In this document: positions 1 to 13,349 of the stretch, piece after piece
Layout: each line of letters begins with the position of its first letter
Numbering within the stretch: position 1 is the stretch's first letter
The notes under the pieces: generated by a model
Seen by the model: the letters and a program-made list of their open reading frames with translations, nothing else
What the model was told of the DNA's origin: nothing
Database searches by the model: none
Assembly (NCBI RefSeq): GCF_009914755.1
Contig: NC_060935.1
Length of the DNA stretch: 64,000 bases
Direction: 5' to 3' (one strand)
Origin: the human T2T-CHM13v2.0 reference genome, Homo sapiens
Made by a program: the position numbers and the translations under genes

Positions 1-340
1 TGGTTGCAGCTTTCCGCATCTGCCTTCGTTTCGTGTAGATTGACGCGTTTCTTTGTAATTTCAGTGTTTCTGACAAGATTTAAAAAAAAAAAAAAGGAAA
101 AAAAAAGAAAAAATGAATTTACTGCTGCAGGTTTTTTTCTCTCTCCATGTGTCACTAAGTGAAGTTTGTGCCTTCTATAGCAAAGAGAATATTTTTTACA
201 TCCTACTAACAGTAGATTTTTTTGTAGTGAACATTTTTTGTATTTTTATTTATAAGTCTCATAAGAAAAATAGCAATGTTCAGTTGTATACCTTGAATCT
301 GCAGTTAGAAGAGAATAAAGTTAATTCAGTTGTCTCTCGC
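1..340 (+). other. ZBTB16: Probable terminal 3' UTR of the upstream gene (ZBTB16/PLZF by synteny with NNMT)
   Basis: AT-rich, repeat-free UTR-like sequence ending in AATAAA (314-319) followed by GT/T-rich tracts (~325-420). Gene identity comes only from the known human gene order ZBTB16 then NNMT; no ZBTB16 coding sequence is in the window. Confidence 0.55.
314..319 (+). terminator. Polyadenylation signal AATAAA with downstream GU/U-rich element
   Basis: gagAATAAAgttaattcagttgtctctc followed by T-rich runs at ~356-363 and ~371-418; upstream TGTA motifs at ~240 and ~285. Confidence 0.6.
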
Positions 341-1110
341 TTGAAGCGTCCCACCTTTTTATTGAAGTACTTGGTTTTGTTTTGTTTTTTTTTTTTTTGT
401 TTTTTTTTGCCTTTTCTTGTGTGGGGAACATGGTAGAGGAATTAAGATTTTTGTGTGGGGACTGGGAAAAAGAAAGCTCTGTATTACACATATTTAGACT
501 TATCTATGTGTCACTTTTATGCCACATTTACAAGGCACAGATGCACTGAATAACATTTTTCTAATACTTTTTAGTTAAAAAATGTTAAATACGTTAATAT
601 CGTATGATCCTTGGTACAATGTGCTAGGTAGGCACTTGTTCACTTATTCAGCAAGACCACCATGTACCAGTTACTGTTGTCGGCGCTGGGAATTACAGCA
701 AAGGACAAACAGACAAACCCTGGCCGCCCTGGGGCTACCATGCTAGCGGGCCGCTGAGTCGGAATCCGTGGCTGTGTTAGGATAACTTGCTCAGGATTGC
801 ACGGCTGGTGAGCAGCAGTCAGAACTCCATCCACCTCTCCTGATACCAGGCCAGGTTCCTTTACTCCAGAGTTCTCAAAGCAGGGGTCTCACGTCTTCTT
901 TAGTCTTTAGAGAGACATTTTCAACTGACTCCTTAGTGGCTAAGCAAGCTTCAGAAATTTCTCAACAAGAAGCTTCCACACAATCAAAGGTCCCTGCCTG
1001 CGTCTGTAGCAGCCAAGAGCTGTTAAGAAAGGAGATTGGAGCAGGTGGCCTTGTGCAGGGGAGGGGATGGGTGGGAGGTGGCCGTGCAAGCTCTGCATTG
1101 TCATGGACGG

Positions 1111-1116
1111 AATAAA
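1111..1116 (+). terminator. Second candidate poly(A) signal of the upstream gene
   Basis: AATAAA followed ~10-20 nt later by CA dinucleotides and a pyrimidine/GT-rich stretch. Confidence 0.35.
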
Positions 1117-2029
1117 GGATTTCCACAACACTCAATGGGTACGATTCCCTCCCTGTCTCATCTCCCTGTGTCTGGGCCAAGACCTCTTCTCTGGCCCTTT
1201 CCCCGTTCCTCTTATCGGGGATAGAAGCATCGCCCTATCTTTAGCTGTAAAACCAAAGCCACTCAATCCTAGACGTGGTGCTTCAGCACCTCTGCCTGAG
1301 GCCGTCCTCACTGCCTGTCTCTGACCAAAATAACCCCTCTCCTCCTCAAGACCCAGGGGACACAGCCATGATTGTCGTGCTGGGTCACTCCGGTAGGGTA
1401 AACCCACACCGAGCATCAGGCCTGGCCTCCAGCATCACCAGGAGTCGCAGGGAGCCATCACCCCACGCGCCACCGCCACCCACCTGGGGAGCCAAACAAG
1501 GCCTGGCCTGCCAGGGGTGGCACTGGGAGGGTTACCTTTCAGCCCTGTTCTCCTGGGGCCAAGACCCGGGTCTGTCTGACCCTGGGGTTGCTGAGCAGAA
1601 ACCGCCTGGAGCTACCCCTACCACCGGACAATCTTCCCAGGAGGAGGAACAGGTGCAGCCTGGGGGCCTCCAGCCCCTAGAAGTTGCTTCTCTGTCTTTG
1701 CTTTCTCCTCTCCCTCTTTGCCGTCTGCTGTGCTTTCTTGACCCCTCCTGCCCCTCATCTTTTTCCTCTCTCCCAATCTTTTTTCTCTCCTTTCCACTCC
1801 TCCCCTCTCTTCCTCATCTGTGGTCTTTTCTCCTTTCTTTTTGCTTTTGTTTCTCTGTCCCACCTTATTTTCCCTCTCCACATATTTCTCATCTGGGAAA
1901 CCAGTCCTTAACCAAATTCTGTGTTTTGATTTTGAGCAGTTGCCACCATTCCCCCAAGCCGTCCTGATCCTGGCTTTTCTTGGGCCCCTGCCTATTTCCT
2001 CACCCCCACACTCTACTCCAACTCCCCGA

Positions 2030-2055
2030 CACACACACACAGACACACACACACA
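2030..2055. repeat. (CA)n microsatellite, interrupted
   Basis: cacacacacacagacacacacacaca. Confidence 0.85.
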
Positions 2056-2099
2056 GCCTCCTCGCCCCTCCCCCAGCTCCCCTCCCCTCCCTCAGGCCT

Positions 2100-2243
2100 C
2101 AGCTTTCTCTTGACAGATGGGAGGGCAGTGAGCACTCCCTCTTTAAAACAACATTTAATCGCCGTTTTCTGTTCTTGGACATCAAAGCTGGGGCTTAGGC
2201 GCTGTGCTGGGGTCGCGGCGGCGCGGGCGCTGGGGGAGAGGAG
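2100..2243 (+). promoter_or_regulatory. NNMT: Probable distal NNMT promoter and non-coding first exon (donor after 2243)
   Basis: TATA-like TTTAAAA at 2142-2148, local CpG cluster (ggtcgcggcggcgcgggcgc, 2212-2230), consensus 5' splice site GAG|GTGAGT (GT at 2244-2245), AP-1 TGACTCA at 2385-2391. TSS position is inferred. Confidence 0.55.
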
Positions 2244-3712
2244 GTGAGTGAATAGGGGCTGGGCTGAATGGGCTTTGTGTGACCGCCAGCTCTGCCAGCT
2301 TTACATGCTCTTTGACCCAGATATGATCTCATGGAGAGAAAGGGGCCCTGGCCAGGCCAGCCTGAGAATGCTCCCTCCGTGGCCTGACTCAACCCCTCTC
2401 CTCCCTGCCTGGGGCAGGCGGCCCCACTGCCGCCCCCTGCCAGCCCCGGCTGCCACTGCCCTCTGCCCCAACCCTGGCAATTGTGGGCAGCCTCCTCCAG
2501 AACACACTCACCAGGAGGGCACATTGCTGGGGTCAGAAGAGGGGACAGGCACCGAGGCAGGGGCTGGGAGGATGCCGCCGTGGGGCTGCAGGGTGTTCTC
2601 CAGGGACCTCAAGCGGGAGCTCCCCGCATGCCCTGTAGTCCTGGCTGGGTTCAAGGAGGCGTTTGGGTCATTTCAGCCTTAGCAGCTCTCCTCCCAGTCT
2701 CTCTGAGGAACTCCTCTCCTGACCAAAGTGGAGAGCTGAGGCCCGGCGCCAGCAGAGGTTTGCTGAAGACTCAGGCAAGTTGCAGCCTGTGAGAAGAGGC
2801 ATAAGGGAAGCCAAGGCCAAGGCCGCCTCCCTCCACTCAGCACGGCCAGGCCTTCCCATGTGGGAGCCCCTCACGCCCCTGGCACCAGGAAGGGAGGGGA
2901 TTGGGGATCTGAAGATGACTGGCCTCAGTGCCCTGCTTCAGCCCAGACCCTCTGTCACTTCCATCCTCTGCTTTGCTTGCTGCCCAGAGCGATTTTCCAA
3001 AAATGCAAATAGCATCATGTCGCTCCCTAGATGAGAGTCCCTGGTGACTCCTCAGTACTCTGAGGATGGAATTCAAACTCCTTAACAAAGTTCCAAGACA
3101 CCCTGAGTGACAGAGCCCCTGCTCAGCACCCAACTTCGTCTTAAGATCACTCTTGAGCCCCTCGGCCAACCCCTACTCTGCTCCAGCCGATGGGACCACG
3201 GGTGTTCTGGGCCACACCGAGCTCCATTCCCCTGTGGGCCTGTGCGTGTGCTGTTTCCTCTTCTGAGAGCTACGCAAACACACACACCCCTTCTGTCTGG
3301 CTCTCTCAACTTCTCCTTTTTCACTTTTCAGCTCAAACCTTCTCTCAGGAAGCCTTCCCTGGACCCCTGAAGCTAAATTAGGCATAGAGTCTCTATAGTA
3401 CCATTTAGTCACCTGTTTCCTTAACTGTCACCATTACCAGACTGTCAGTTCCTTGAGGTCAGGAATTGTGTGTTATCTATCTTTGTGTTTCCAGAGCTTC
3501 ATGCTGCCTGGCACATGATAGGCACCCGGTAAATCTTTGTTGTATAAATAGATGAAAGAAAGAGAGGGAGAAGGAGGGAAACAGAGAGGTAATTAGCACT
3601 CCAGGGCTCATGTTGCAGTTGTCAGGGGCACGTGAGAGCAGGGAAGGAGGAACATCACATGCCCGCTCGGGCACCTCCCCAGGACACGTGTACACACACG
3701 CAGAGGCCCAGT

Positions 3713-3725
3713 GGGGGGGGGGGGG
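3713..3725 (+). repeat. Poly-G tract (G13)
   Basis: 13 consecutive G in a GC-rich unique region. Confidence 0.9.
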
Positions 3726-5664
3726 CTCCTGCATCCCCACACCTGTGCTCATGTCGATTCATAGACCACCTGACCCGTGTCTGCCGCATGCCAGAGGAAG
3801 GAGCAGGAGGCAACAGGGCAGTGGTGCTTCATAGTTGGGAGCTGCCTGGGTGTTGCTGGGCAGGGTGCGGGGCAGGAGAGGGGCTGGGGGGTTGCATATG
3901 TAGACACCTGGTCCTTGGCCCATGGGGGCAGGTCCATCCCCCAGCTCTCTGTGTGGTTTCAGGCCCAGCCCCGCCGCCATCCCCACTTCCACTCGTGGGC
4001 TGGCAGGAGGGCAGGCTCCTCTCCAGGCTGCGTTTTCTGCACCCAGGGGGTGCCTCAGTGAAAGTGAACTCGCTCATTTAAACCTGACTCTGCCGCCCTG
4101 CAGCCCCCTGCAGCGCTAATTACCCTGTAGTTCTAAACTGATTGCTGTACACTAAGCTTAAGCCCTCCTTTATTTATTTACTGACTACATTAATAGCAAA
4201 GCCACGCTGCGTTCAGCCGCTCCCAACTGTACACCGGCTGGCTGCACCCGTTCCCTCATGTCTTCCCAGGGAGGCAGGGTGGAGAGATGCAGCCTGGCAC
4301 AAGGCCCCCTTACCCACCACCCTGACTGAATCTCCAGGGCCAGACAACATGAGAAATCACTGACTTCATCCATACCTACTCTGGGACCCGATGGGGCTCC
4401 TCTTATTCTGACTCTATGACAGAGTGGGAACATACAACATACAACAGCTCACCAAGCAGAGGGGTCTGCTATTCACAGCACACTCAGAATGCTGCCTTTC
4501 AGCCTTCACTTGTGGGATGAGACGCTGAGCGCTGGCCTCATTTTACAGATGGGTAAACTGAGGCTGTGGCTCCATAGCTGGTAGGTGGTATCTCAGGCAT
4601 GCTGTCCATCGCGGAGATGGCCGCCCCACTTGTCCCCACCCAGCCAGCTTTGACAATTTCTGTTGTGTGTTCCCATAACTTCTACCCCTTGCCACGAGAA
4701 AGGAAGCCCTTCCCTATGTGGAACTGAAACTGCTTTTTTGCTCTCAGCTTTTCTGCCTCATTCACCTGCTTGTCCAGAATTTGCTGGCAACTTTGGGAAT
4801 ACAGCCTTTCCTTCATTCTCAGCCTTTACCAAGCAGGTCTAAGTCAGACCTTCGATGCCAATCCCCACTTCCCTCCAGCACTCACACATCCAGGGATGTC
4901 TGGGGAGAGGAGGCCCGCTCCGGGCTCCCGTGTGGTCAAGCCCTGCTGGTTCTCCCATTCTGGGGTACAGAGGTGCTCATAAACACTGTCCTTGCCTGCA
5001 TCTCTGAGTGCCCTCAAATCCCCTGAGGCAGAGCTGGGCCCTGGCCTTGGGGCACAGCAGCTCTCTGAAGACCAGATGGGCCCCATCAGGGTGCAGCATA
5101 CGGACCCACGGAACCAAGCACCCAGGCTCTACTCTGATGCTAAATAGCTTGGTGGCTGCCGTGCGGTGCACCCTAGAGGAAGAGGGGCAGCTGAGATTTG
5201 GCAGAATCTGGGATTCAGTCGAGGGGACCTGGGTTTGAGGCCAGCTCTGCTGTGCACCGCGTGACCTTCACTGTATCTCAAAGGCTCCCGAAGGCCTCAC
5301 TTCCTCAACCCTAAGACTGGGGTCAGCAAATACCTAGCCCACCCATCCTCAGGACAATTGTGAAGCCAACTAGAGTAACGACGTGAATCAGCTTTCTAAA
5401 CACCACGATGCTATAAACGTGAGTTATCAATGGGGACAGGCTCTGGCTGGTCTGGAAGGGGAGCTGGGGTCCTAGACATTTATTTCCAGAACAGGAGCCC
5501 ACGGAGCCAGGGACCCAGGAGCCTGGGATTCTGGAGTAGTGAGGCTGCTGCCGGCATCTCCGGGACTCTGTCTCCACCTAGTGGGCACTGACTGCAGGTG
5601 CTTCTGCTGCTAAGGCCGCCTGGAAAGCAACTGGGGTTGCACATCCCCTTAAAAGCTGCCTTGG

Positions 5665-6006
<342 letters not shown>

Positions 6007-6548
6007 CTATCCCAGGTCAGGGTAGGGCTGAGTAAGGAGGGAATGTGGTTCAGATTTGTGCCAGAGAAGAAACGCTTTAAACTACTCGGGGTTGGGGGAC
6101 GGTGTTCCGCTGGGCCTTTCCAGAAGTCTTCCTAAGTCAATAGTTCTTTCTTGACTTTTCTTCTCCCATCCACCAACTGGCCATATCAAATCCAACTCCT
6201 CCCATCCCTAAAAAGCTGAGTGGGAAGCTGCTGTCAGTCAGCCCTAACCCCAGGGATACGCGAGGCCTCATCTTGCACTGAGGGAAGATCAACCTCAGAT
6301 GGAATTCAGCTTCTCGGAAGCTTTGTGACTGGGAAAGAAGCAGGCAGGCCTCGAAGGGTTTGCAGAAGGAGCCCAGAGTGCCCCTAGGGCTGGGTCACTG
6401 AGACCCTGGGACGTGACAGTAAAAGGCTGCAGGGCAATGGGACAAACTCTTACTTCCTGAGGTCCTGAACCTTCCGAAAGCCTAGAAAACCCATAATGGA
6501 GGGTCGCTGAAGTCAGCTCCTGCCTTTAAATCCAACTGCCCTTTTTAA

Positions 6549-6835
6549 ATTTTATTTTTATTTTTTATCTTCAGCTTTTAAGTTCAGGGGTACATGTGCC
6601 GGATGTGCAGGTTTGTTCCATAGGCAAACATGCGCCTTGGTGGTTTGCGGCACAGATCATCCCATCACCTAGTTACTAAGCCCAGCATTCCTTAGCTATT
6701 CTTCCTCATGCTCTCCCTTTCACCCCCAACCCAACACAGGCCCCGGTGTGTGTTGTTCCCCTCCACGTGTCCATGTGTTCTCATTGTTCAGCTCCCACTT
6801 ATAAGTGAGAACATGCGGTGTTTGGTTTTTTGTCG
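6549..6835 (-). mobile_element. L1PA 3'-end fragment, 5'-truncated
   Basis: Antisense L1 3' UTR (ggtacatgtg...gcaggtttgtt...ctcccacttataagtgagaacatgcgg), T-rich tail, TSD AACTGCCCTTTT at 6534 and 6836. Confidence 0.9.
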
Positions 6836-7212
6836 AACTGCCCTTTTAATGCAGTGAGTGAGACTGGTGCCTGTCCTAAACCCTCCACACCCCACTTTCA
6901 GCTCTCAGAACCAGTTCACCAGCCAACCCCTGCACTTGGCCTACAGATGATTTGACTGGAAGTGATCTTAGGACAGGTCATCTTTTCACTCTCCTTGCCT
7001 CTGTGCGCTTCCAGCCATCTCAAATGGATGCAACTAAATGGTTTGGAAAACCCCTCCAACACGAAACTTCTAGGATTCTAGGACTCTAGGACTCTACTAT
7101 AGAGCCAACTATAAAGATCCTCAGAAAAACACATACCCCTGGCTCCCTATCACCTGTCAGCACTTTTTAAAGCAGCAGCATTTCACTTTGTTTTCCCCTC
7201 CACGCCGACCAG

Positions 7213-7299
7213 TGTGGTCTTCAGCATAGAGTGAGCTTCTAGTGACACGAGCTGGAGGGAAAGAGGAAGTGCATCAGGACGGCTCGTCCAATGGACAAG
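7213..7299 (+). other. NNMT: Probable 87-nt non-coding internal exon of the distal-promoter NNMT isoform
   Basis: Polypyrimidine tract tttcactttgttttcccctccac followed by CAG (AG 7211-7212); strong donor AAG|GTAAGG (GT 7300-7301); unique, non-repeat sequence. Confidence 0.6.
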
Positions 7300-7610
7300 G
7301 TAAGGGAAAGATCTTCCCTAATAACTCTCCATTTGGGAAGGAGGGAGTCACAAATGGCAGGGGAGGTGGGGACACTGGCCCTCACCAGCTCAACTTGAGG
7401 AATACTCACCTTACTCTCAGAAATCTGTCGATTACCATTCCTCCTTCACCCCCATCGCAAGCATGGGTACTTGACCTTTTCCTGAATTCTCCACAGCTGA
7501 CACCAGCTGAATGCTTTTCCTGAATTCTCTGGCACAGCTGAGACCAGCCTGGGATATTTAAATTAGATTTCTCTGAAGTCTCAAGGATGGCAAAAGAAAA
7601 CAAGCACCAA

Positions 7611-8219
7611 TGAAACTGAGTACCCCCCCTGTTTCTAAGAGAAAAAAAGTTAATTTTTACAGTTATGATTATTTTCTCTTTTCTCTTTTCTCCTATTCCC
7701 TGCTTCCTACTTAGCTCTTTAGAAATGATTATAACCTTTACCTTCCCTTCACCAGACACTCCCTTCTGGGCAAGCTTATCTGACTGTGTGCTTACTTAGC
7801 AGCTCCAGAGCTGAGCTCTCTCCTACCAGGAGCTTGCGTCGAGAGACAGCAGTCAATTATTTACAACCTGAAGGGTGCCCATTACAAAACTCTTTCCCAC
7901 CTGAAGAGTATCTCAAAATCATGGCCACTTTATAACCTAGCTCTGCCCACGATGGCACCAGCTCAACCACCTGGCAGATAACGCACAAACCACGTAGACC
8001 CCACACCTGCTCGCTCCCTCCCCTGTATGCCGTTCAAATTAAGTCCCCCTTTAAAAGTCCCGAATTTCTGCCCCAAAAGTGAAGTGCTAGCCTTAAAGGC
8101 AGAAGCCTGGACTTCCTCCCCTAAGCTAAACTTTGGAATAAAGTCAGTGTCTTTATACCAGACCTCTTGTTAGTTGAACTCTATAAGTGGCAAGCAACTG
8201 AACCTCCATTTTGGTTACA
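7611..8219 (+). mobile_element. Solo LTR, ERV1-class
   Basis: TG...CA termini, exact 4-bp TSD CCAA (7607-7610 and 8220-8223), TATA-like TTTAAAA (~8050) and AATAAA (8137-8142) in LTR order. Confidence 0.85.
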
Positions 8220-8779
8220 CCAAGAACAGCATAACATTAGATCATCTGGTTCACAGGCAGCAGCATGGCTCCCATATCATGCCTTCCTGCCTGGTTCTCT
8301 GCCTGCCTTCAGGAGACAGGGCCTGTCTTTAATCCCTGCCACTGACAAGCCTGATAAAGTGAGACCCAGAGTGACGTGGGCTTCCTGTTTCTAATGGACT
8401 ATGTGTCCATCCTCTTATTAAAAGTCAGCGCCTCCTCTTGGGCTCTGGATCATATCCTCTCAGTCTTTCCAAGCCCTTTGCTCCTGTGCTTGTCTTCTGT
8501 TTGCTACATCCATTTCCCCCTCTCTTCCTAATTATTCACATCAGCATAGAACACCTCCCATTTTAGCAAACCTTTCCTTGAGCCCACATCCCCCTTTAGC
8601 TTCCACCCATATTTCTCTCTTCCTTGGAAGAGCAAAATTCTAGAGAGCTGTCTGCAGACACTGTCTTCCTTCCTTTTTCTTACAACAATTTCCAATTTGA
8701 GTTTTATCTCTGTTATTCCTTTAAAATTGTCTTTTCAAGTTCACTAGTGGTTCCACCATGCAAAATGCAATGGCTTCTT

Positions 8780-9647
8780 TGCTGATCTGAAAATATAGGA
8801 TTAACAAACTCAGTTTCTTCCTGCCACCCTCTCACAACATAGTCACATGCAGCTTCTGACACCTAATGTAGGGGGCTTCTCCCCACACACCAAGCAAGCA
8901 CTCCTCCAGTAGCTGACACCAGCTGGGTGCTCTCTAACTCAATTCCATTCCAACACTACCTACCTGGAGATAGCATCAGATCCCACAGGTTAAGGGTTCA
9001 GTCCCACAAAAGCGCCTCCCACTTCCAATGCCAATCACAAGCTCCAGGTTGTTTGATCCGTGCTTCTGATGACCAGCTATATATCAGGGTTCCCACAACC
9101 TCCTCATTGGGTTTGATTAATTTGCTAGAGTGGTTCACTGAACTTAGGGAAACATCTACATTTACCTATTTACTATAAAAGATAGTACAAAGGATACAGT
9201 TGAAGAGATGCATAGGGCAAAGTATGGGAAGGGGCTTGGCACTTCCATACCCTCCCTGGGTGTGCCACTCTCCAGGAACTTCCAGGGATGTGGCAGTCTG
9301 GAAGCTCTCTGAACCCTGTCCTTTTGGGTTTTTATGGAAGCTTCATTATATAGGCATGATTGATTAAGTTACTGGCCATTGGAAATCAACTCAACCTTCA
9401 GCCCCTCTCCCTTCCCTGGATGTTGCAGGGTAGGGTTGAAAGTCCCAACCCTCTAATTCTGCCTTGGTCTTTCCAGCAACCAGCCCCCATCCTGAAGCTG
9501 CCTATGGGCTGCCAACCCCTCAGTAAACTCATTCGCATATGAAAAGGCACTTTTTAACATAAAATCACTTTGAAGATTTCAAGGATTTTAGGAGTTGTGC
9601 GCCAAGAGACAGGGACGAAGACCAAATATATATTTCACAATATCACA
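8780..9647 (-). mobile_element. MER21-family LTR inserted in an L2 remnant
   Basis: Ends aagaccaaatatatatttcacaatatcaca (reverse complement of the MER21 5' end); internal ctacctggagatagcatcagatcccacaggttaagg motif. Left boundary approximate. Confidence 0.75.
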
Positions 9648-11003
9648 GCTGGCTTTATCTTCCTTGATCTCCCAACAGCTTTCTACATAACTGACTTGCT
9701 CCTTTTGGAAACACTTCTGGTTTCCCTTCCCTCACTGGCTGCTGCTTCTCAGTCTTGTTGGCTCACCCCATCATCTTCTTCTGCTGGAGCTCTGGATATT
9801 AGACAGTCTCTGAAAAGTTCCTTGATGCTTTTACTTTGTCTAGCTACATTCTCCCCCACCCTGATGTCTCATCTATTTCTGTTGCTTTTAGGGTGTACCT
9901 CTGGGAGATTATTCCTTAACTGTTCCCTGGCCACGTTTGAAGTGAGTCCTGGGATTGAGTCTGCCTTGGGACAGTGTGGCTTTCAGGACCAGCCCAATTC
10001 CTGCTTGTGCAAATCTGGGAGACTGAGTGTGGTTTTAAGCTTTGAGAGTCAAAGACATTATCAGGCCAGGTTCATGGACTTTTGGCAATTCAATTTCTCC
10101 GAAAATAGCCTTTGGCTGTATTTGCTTCCAATCGATTTCTTACGCCAGTAACCCATTAACCATGATTAAAGTTCTTTCCTCAACTTAGTTGTCCAATCTG
10201 TTATTATTATTATTATTATTCTGCACCGCCAAGTCTCCTTGTCAACTTCCTGGTGGTTACCTTGGGGTCATCTGCGAGTCAGCTTGGGTGGGAAAAGCAA
10301 CACCTTTAATCTGATGTTTGTCACAGTACTGAGTCTCTTTGTAAGAGAATTTTTAATAATGAGCCTTTAATGCTTGAAGCCTTTTCCAGTTTCATTCCTG
10401 TAATTTAGGGTCCAGAAGCAGGTAGCTTTCCTATATCCAAGAAAACCCAAATTTCTGGATTTTCCTCCTACTTACATTCATTTCTTCTCGGGAAATTGTC
10501 AGTTATTACCTGAACACATCTCTTCATAGTAATATCTTGCTACAAACGCTGAGGAGCAATCAACACGTACTAATATTATGTCCCCCACCCCACCTCGCTG
10601 TTTCCCTTAGAGCTATAGGCTTAGTATATACTTGGCTTAGTCTACCTTTTAAGTAGTTGCACTCAAGAGTTTTCCTAAATGTTTTACTTATGCCTATCAC
10701 AGGGCTCTTTCTAACTAGCTATCTTGCTCTTCTTCTGCCAGCAAAGGTTCTAAATAAACCTGCCACTGTCTACCTTTCTGACCATCTTCTTCCACTCTTT
10801 TCCCACCTCTATACCCAGCCTCACTGTGATTCATTTGTTTCCAGAACAGGACAGGCCTTTGCATGTGCTGTTCCCACTGCCAAGAGCTCCTTGCCCACCC
10901 CCACCCCCAGTCCCACCCCATATCTTTGCATGGCTGCCTCCTTCACATATAATTTGGGTCTTAGCTCAAATATTGCCTCTCAGTGGGGTCTTACCTGACC
11001 ATC

Positions 11004-11323
11004 TGCTATGGTTTGAATGTGTCCCCCAGAAGTTTATGTGTTGGAAACTTAATTCCTCTGCCCTCTTGAATGGATTAATATTATCATGGGAGTAGGTTTC
11101 TTACCTTGATAGTGGCTTTGTTAGAAAAACAAGCTCTCTCTGGCTTGCTTGCTCTGTCTTGCCATGCAATTCTTTCACCATGTGATGAGACGGCATAAAG
11201 GCCCACACCAGATGGCTGGTGCCATGCCCTTGGACTTCCTAGCCTCCAAAACCATGAGCTGAATAAACTTTTATTCTTTGAAAAATGATATTTAGTTATA
11301 ACAAGAGAAAATAGACTGAGAAA
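11004..11323 (+). mobile_element. MaLR LTR (MST/MLT1A type), internally deleted
   Basis: Starts TGCTATGGTTTGAATGTGTCCCC; contains ttggacttcctagcctccaaaaccatgagctgaataaa; 5-bp TSD CCATC (10999-11003 and 11324-11328). Confidence 0.85.
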
Positions 11324-11347
11324 CCATCCCATCTATAGTTTGTTTTC

Positions 11348-11658
11348 AGCTGGGCACGGTGGCTCACACTTTTAATCCCAGCACTTTGGGAGGCCAAGGT
11401 AGGCAAATCATCTGAGGTCAGGAGTTCGAGACCAGCCTGGCCAACATGGTGAAACCCCATCTCTACTAAAAACACAAAAATTAGCTGGGCGTGGTGGTGC
11501 ACACCTGTAATCCCAGCTACTCAGGAGGCTGAGGCAAGAGAATCACTTGAACCCAGGTGGCAGAGGTTGCAGTTCACCAAGATCACGTCACTGCAGTCCA
11601 GCCTGGGTGACAGAGCGAGACTCCATCTCAAATAAATAAATAAACAAATAAATAAAAA
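11348..11658 (+). mobile_element. Alu (AluS)
   Basis: Dimeric Alu sequence with (AAAT)n tail. Confidence 0.95.
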
Positions 11659-12853
11659 TCAAGTTTGTTTTTCCTAGCATTTACCACTGTTTGATATGAT
11701 CTTCTTTATTTGTTTATTTGTCATGGTTCATGTCCTAGTCTCCTGCATGTGGACCCTGTGAGAGCCAGGGCCTTGTCTGCCACCATATCCTTGATGTTAT
11801 GAACTGTGCTTGCCACACAATTGTTATGACTACAAATGCCAATACCTACATAATACTCATTGTATGCCAGCCACCGTATTAGTTCGTTGTTAAAAATATT
11901 TTAATATTTTTAATGAATTACATATATTTCTAATATACATAAAAATAGAATAATATGATCAACCCCACATAATGCCCGTCACCCAGATTCAACATCATCC
12001 AGATTCTGCCACACTTGCTTCACCTATTCTTCTGTCTTTTGTTCCTTTTCTGTCTTTCGTTTCTTTTTCCTGTCTTTTGTTTCTGCTGAAATATTTTAAA
12101 GAAAATCCCAGACATCGTGTTGTTTCACCACGACATACTCCAATTCATGCATTTTTCAAAATGAATTTTTCTCATTTAACCTCAGTGCCATTTATATCTT
12201 TCCAAAATTAGGAATGGTTCCTCCGTATCCTCACTCAGTCTGTATTCAGATTTTCCTGATTGCTTCAAAAATAACTTTTTAAAGTTGATTTATTTGAATT
12301 AAGAGCCAAATCATACCCACATACTGCATCGATTTGTTATTTCTCTTAAGTTTCATTTTCCCCATGCTGTTAACTTGTTGTAGAAAGCGGTGATTATTAT
12401 TATCTATTCAGTTATGAGATGATGAGGGCCTGAAATGGGGCTGTGTAGTAGGAGTAAAAGGAGGAAACGATCTGAAGAGACCTTATGGAGCAGAGTCATC
12501 TGGTTAACCCAGCTTTAGGCCAGTGGAGTGGCGACATCGCTGACCTTTCTGAGACACCTGGGAGCTACAAGATCAACAGTGACCTTGTTTCCTCTTACAG
12601 GGTCCCTAGTGTGACAACTGAAGGGAACTTCACAGATGAGCTAATTGTACCTTTTGTTTTAGTCCTTTTTCCAGCCTCTCCCAGCTAGGCAGAACATCTG
12701 TACAGTCCTCCCACTTGTTCACAAAGTTCCCTCTTTATCTTGCATCCTCTGGAGCTTGTTAGGAGAGGGTCAGCCTCCATACATGGGACTTACCATGGTT
12801 CCCAAACCAGCCATGCAACCAAGCTTATGATTGCTTAAAAATATACTGCAACA

Positions 12854-13192
<339 letters not shown>

Positions 13193-13349
13193 TCAGAATT
13201 TGTGGGCATGCTACCTGGGAATCTGAAAGCAGCTGTGTCATAGGTTTTGTCCGGTTTTGTCCAGTTTCGTAGTTGTTTATGGTGAAAGGCAATTCCAGTA
13301 ATTGTTACTCTGTCATGGCCAGAAGAAAAATTTCTGTTCTGATTTTTAA

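Noticed and set aside
82-418. A-rich tract (82-113) pairing with T-rich tract (371-418) as a hairpin around the poly(A) site
   Set aside because: Low-complexity complementarity expected by chance in 3' UTR and downstream elements.
1275-1967. 230-aa ORF on + strand
   Set aside because: Non-ATG start, low-complexity L/S/F/P composition produced by a pyrimidine tract, no recognisable domain.
9570-10151. 193-aa ORF on + strand
   Set aside because: Non-ATG start, crosses an LTR/L2 boundary, no recognisable protein family.
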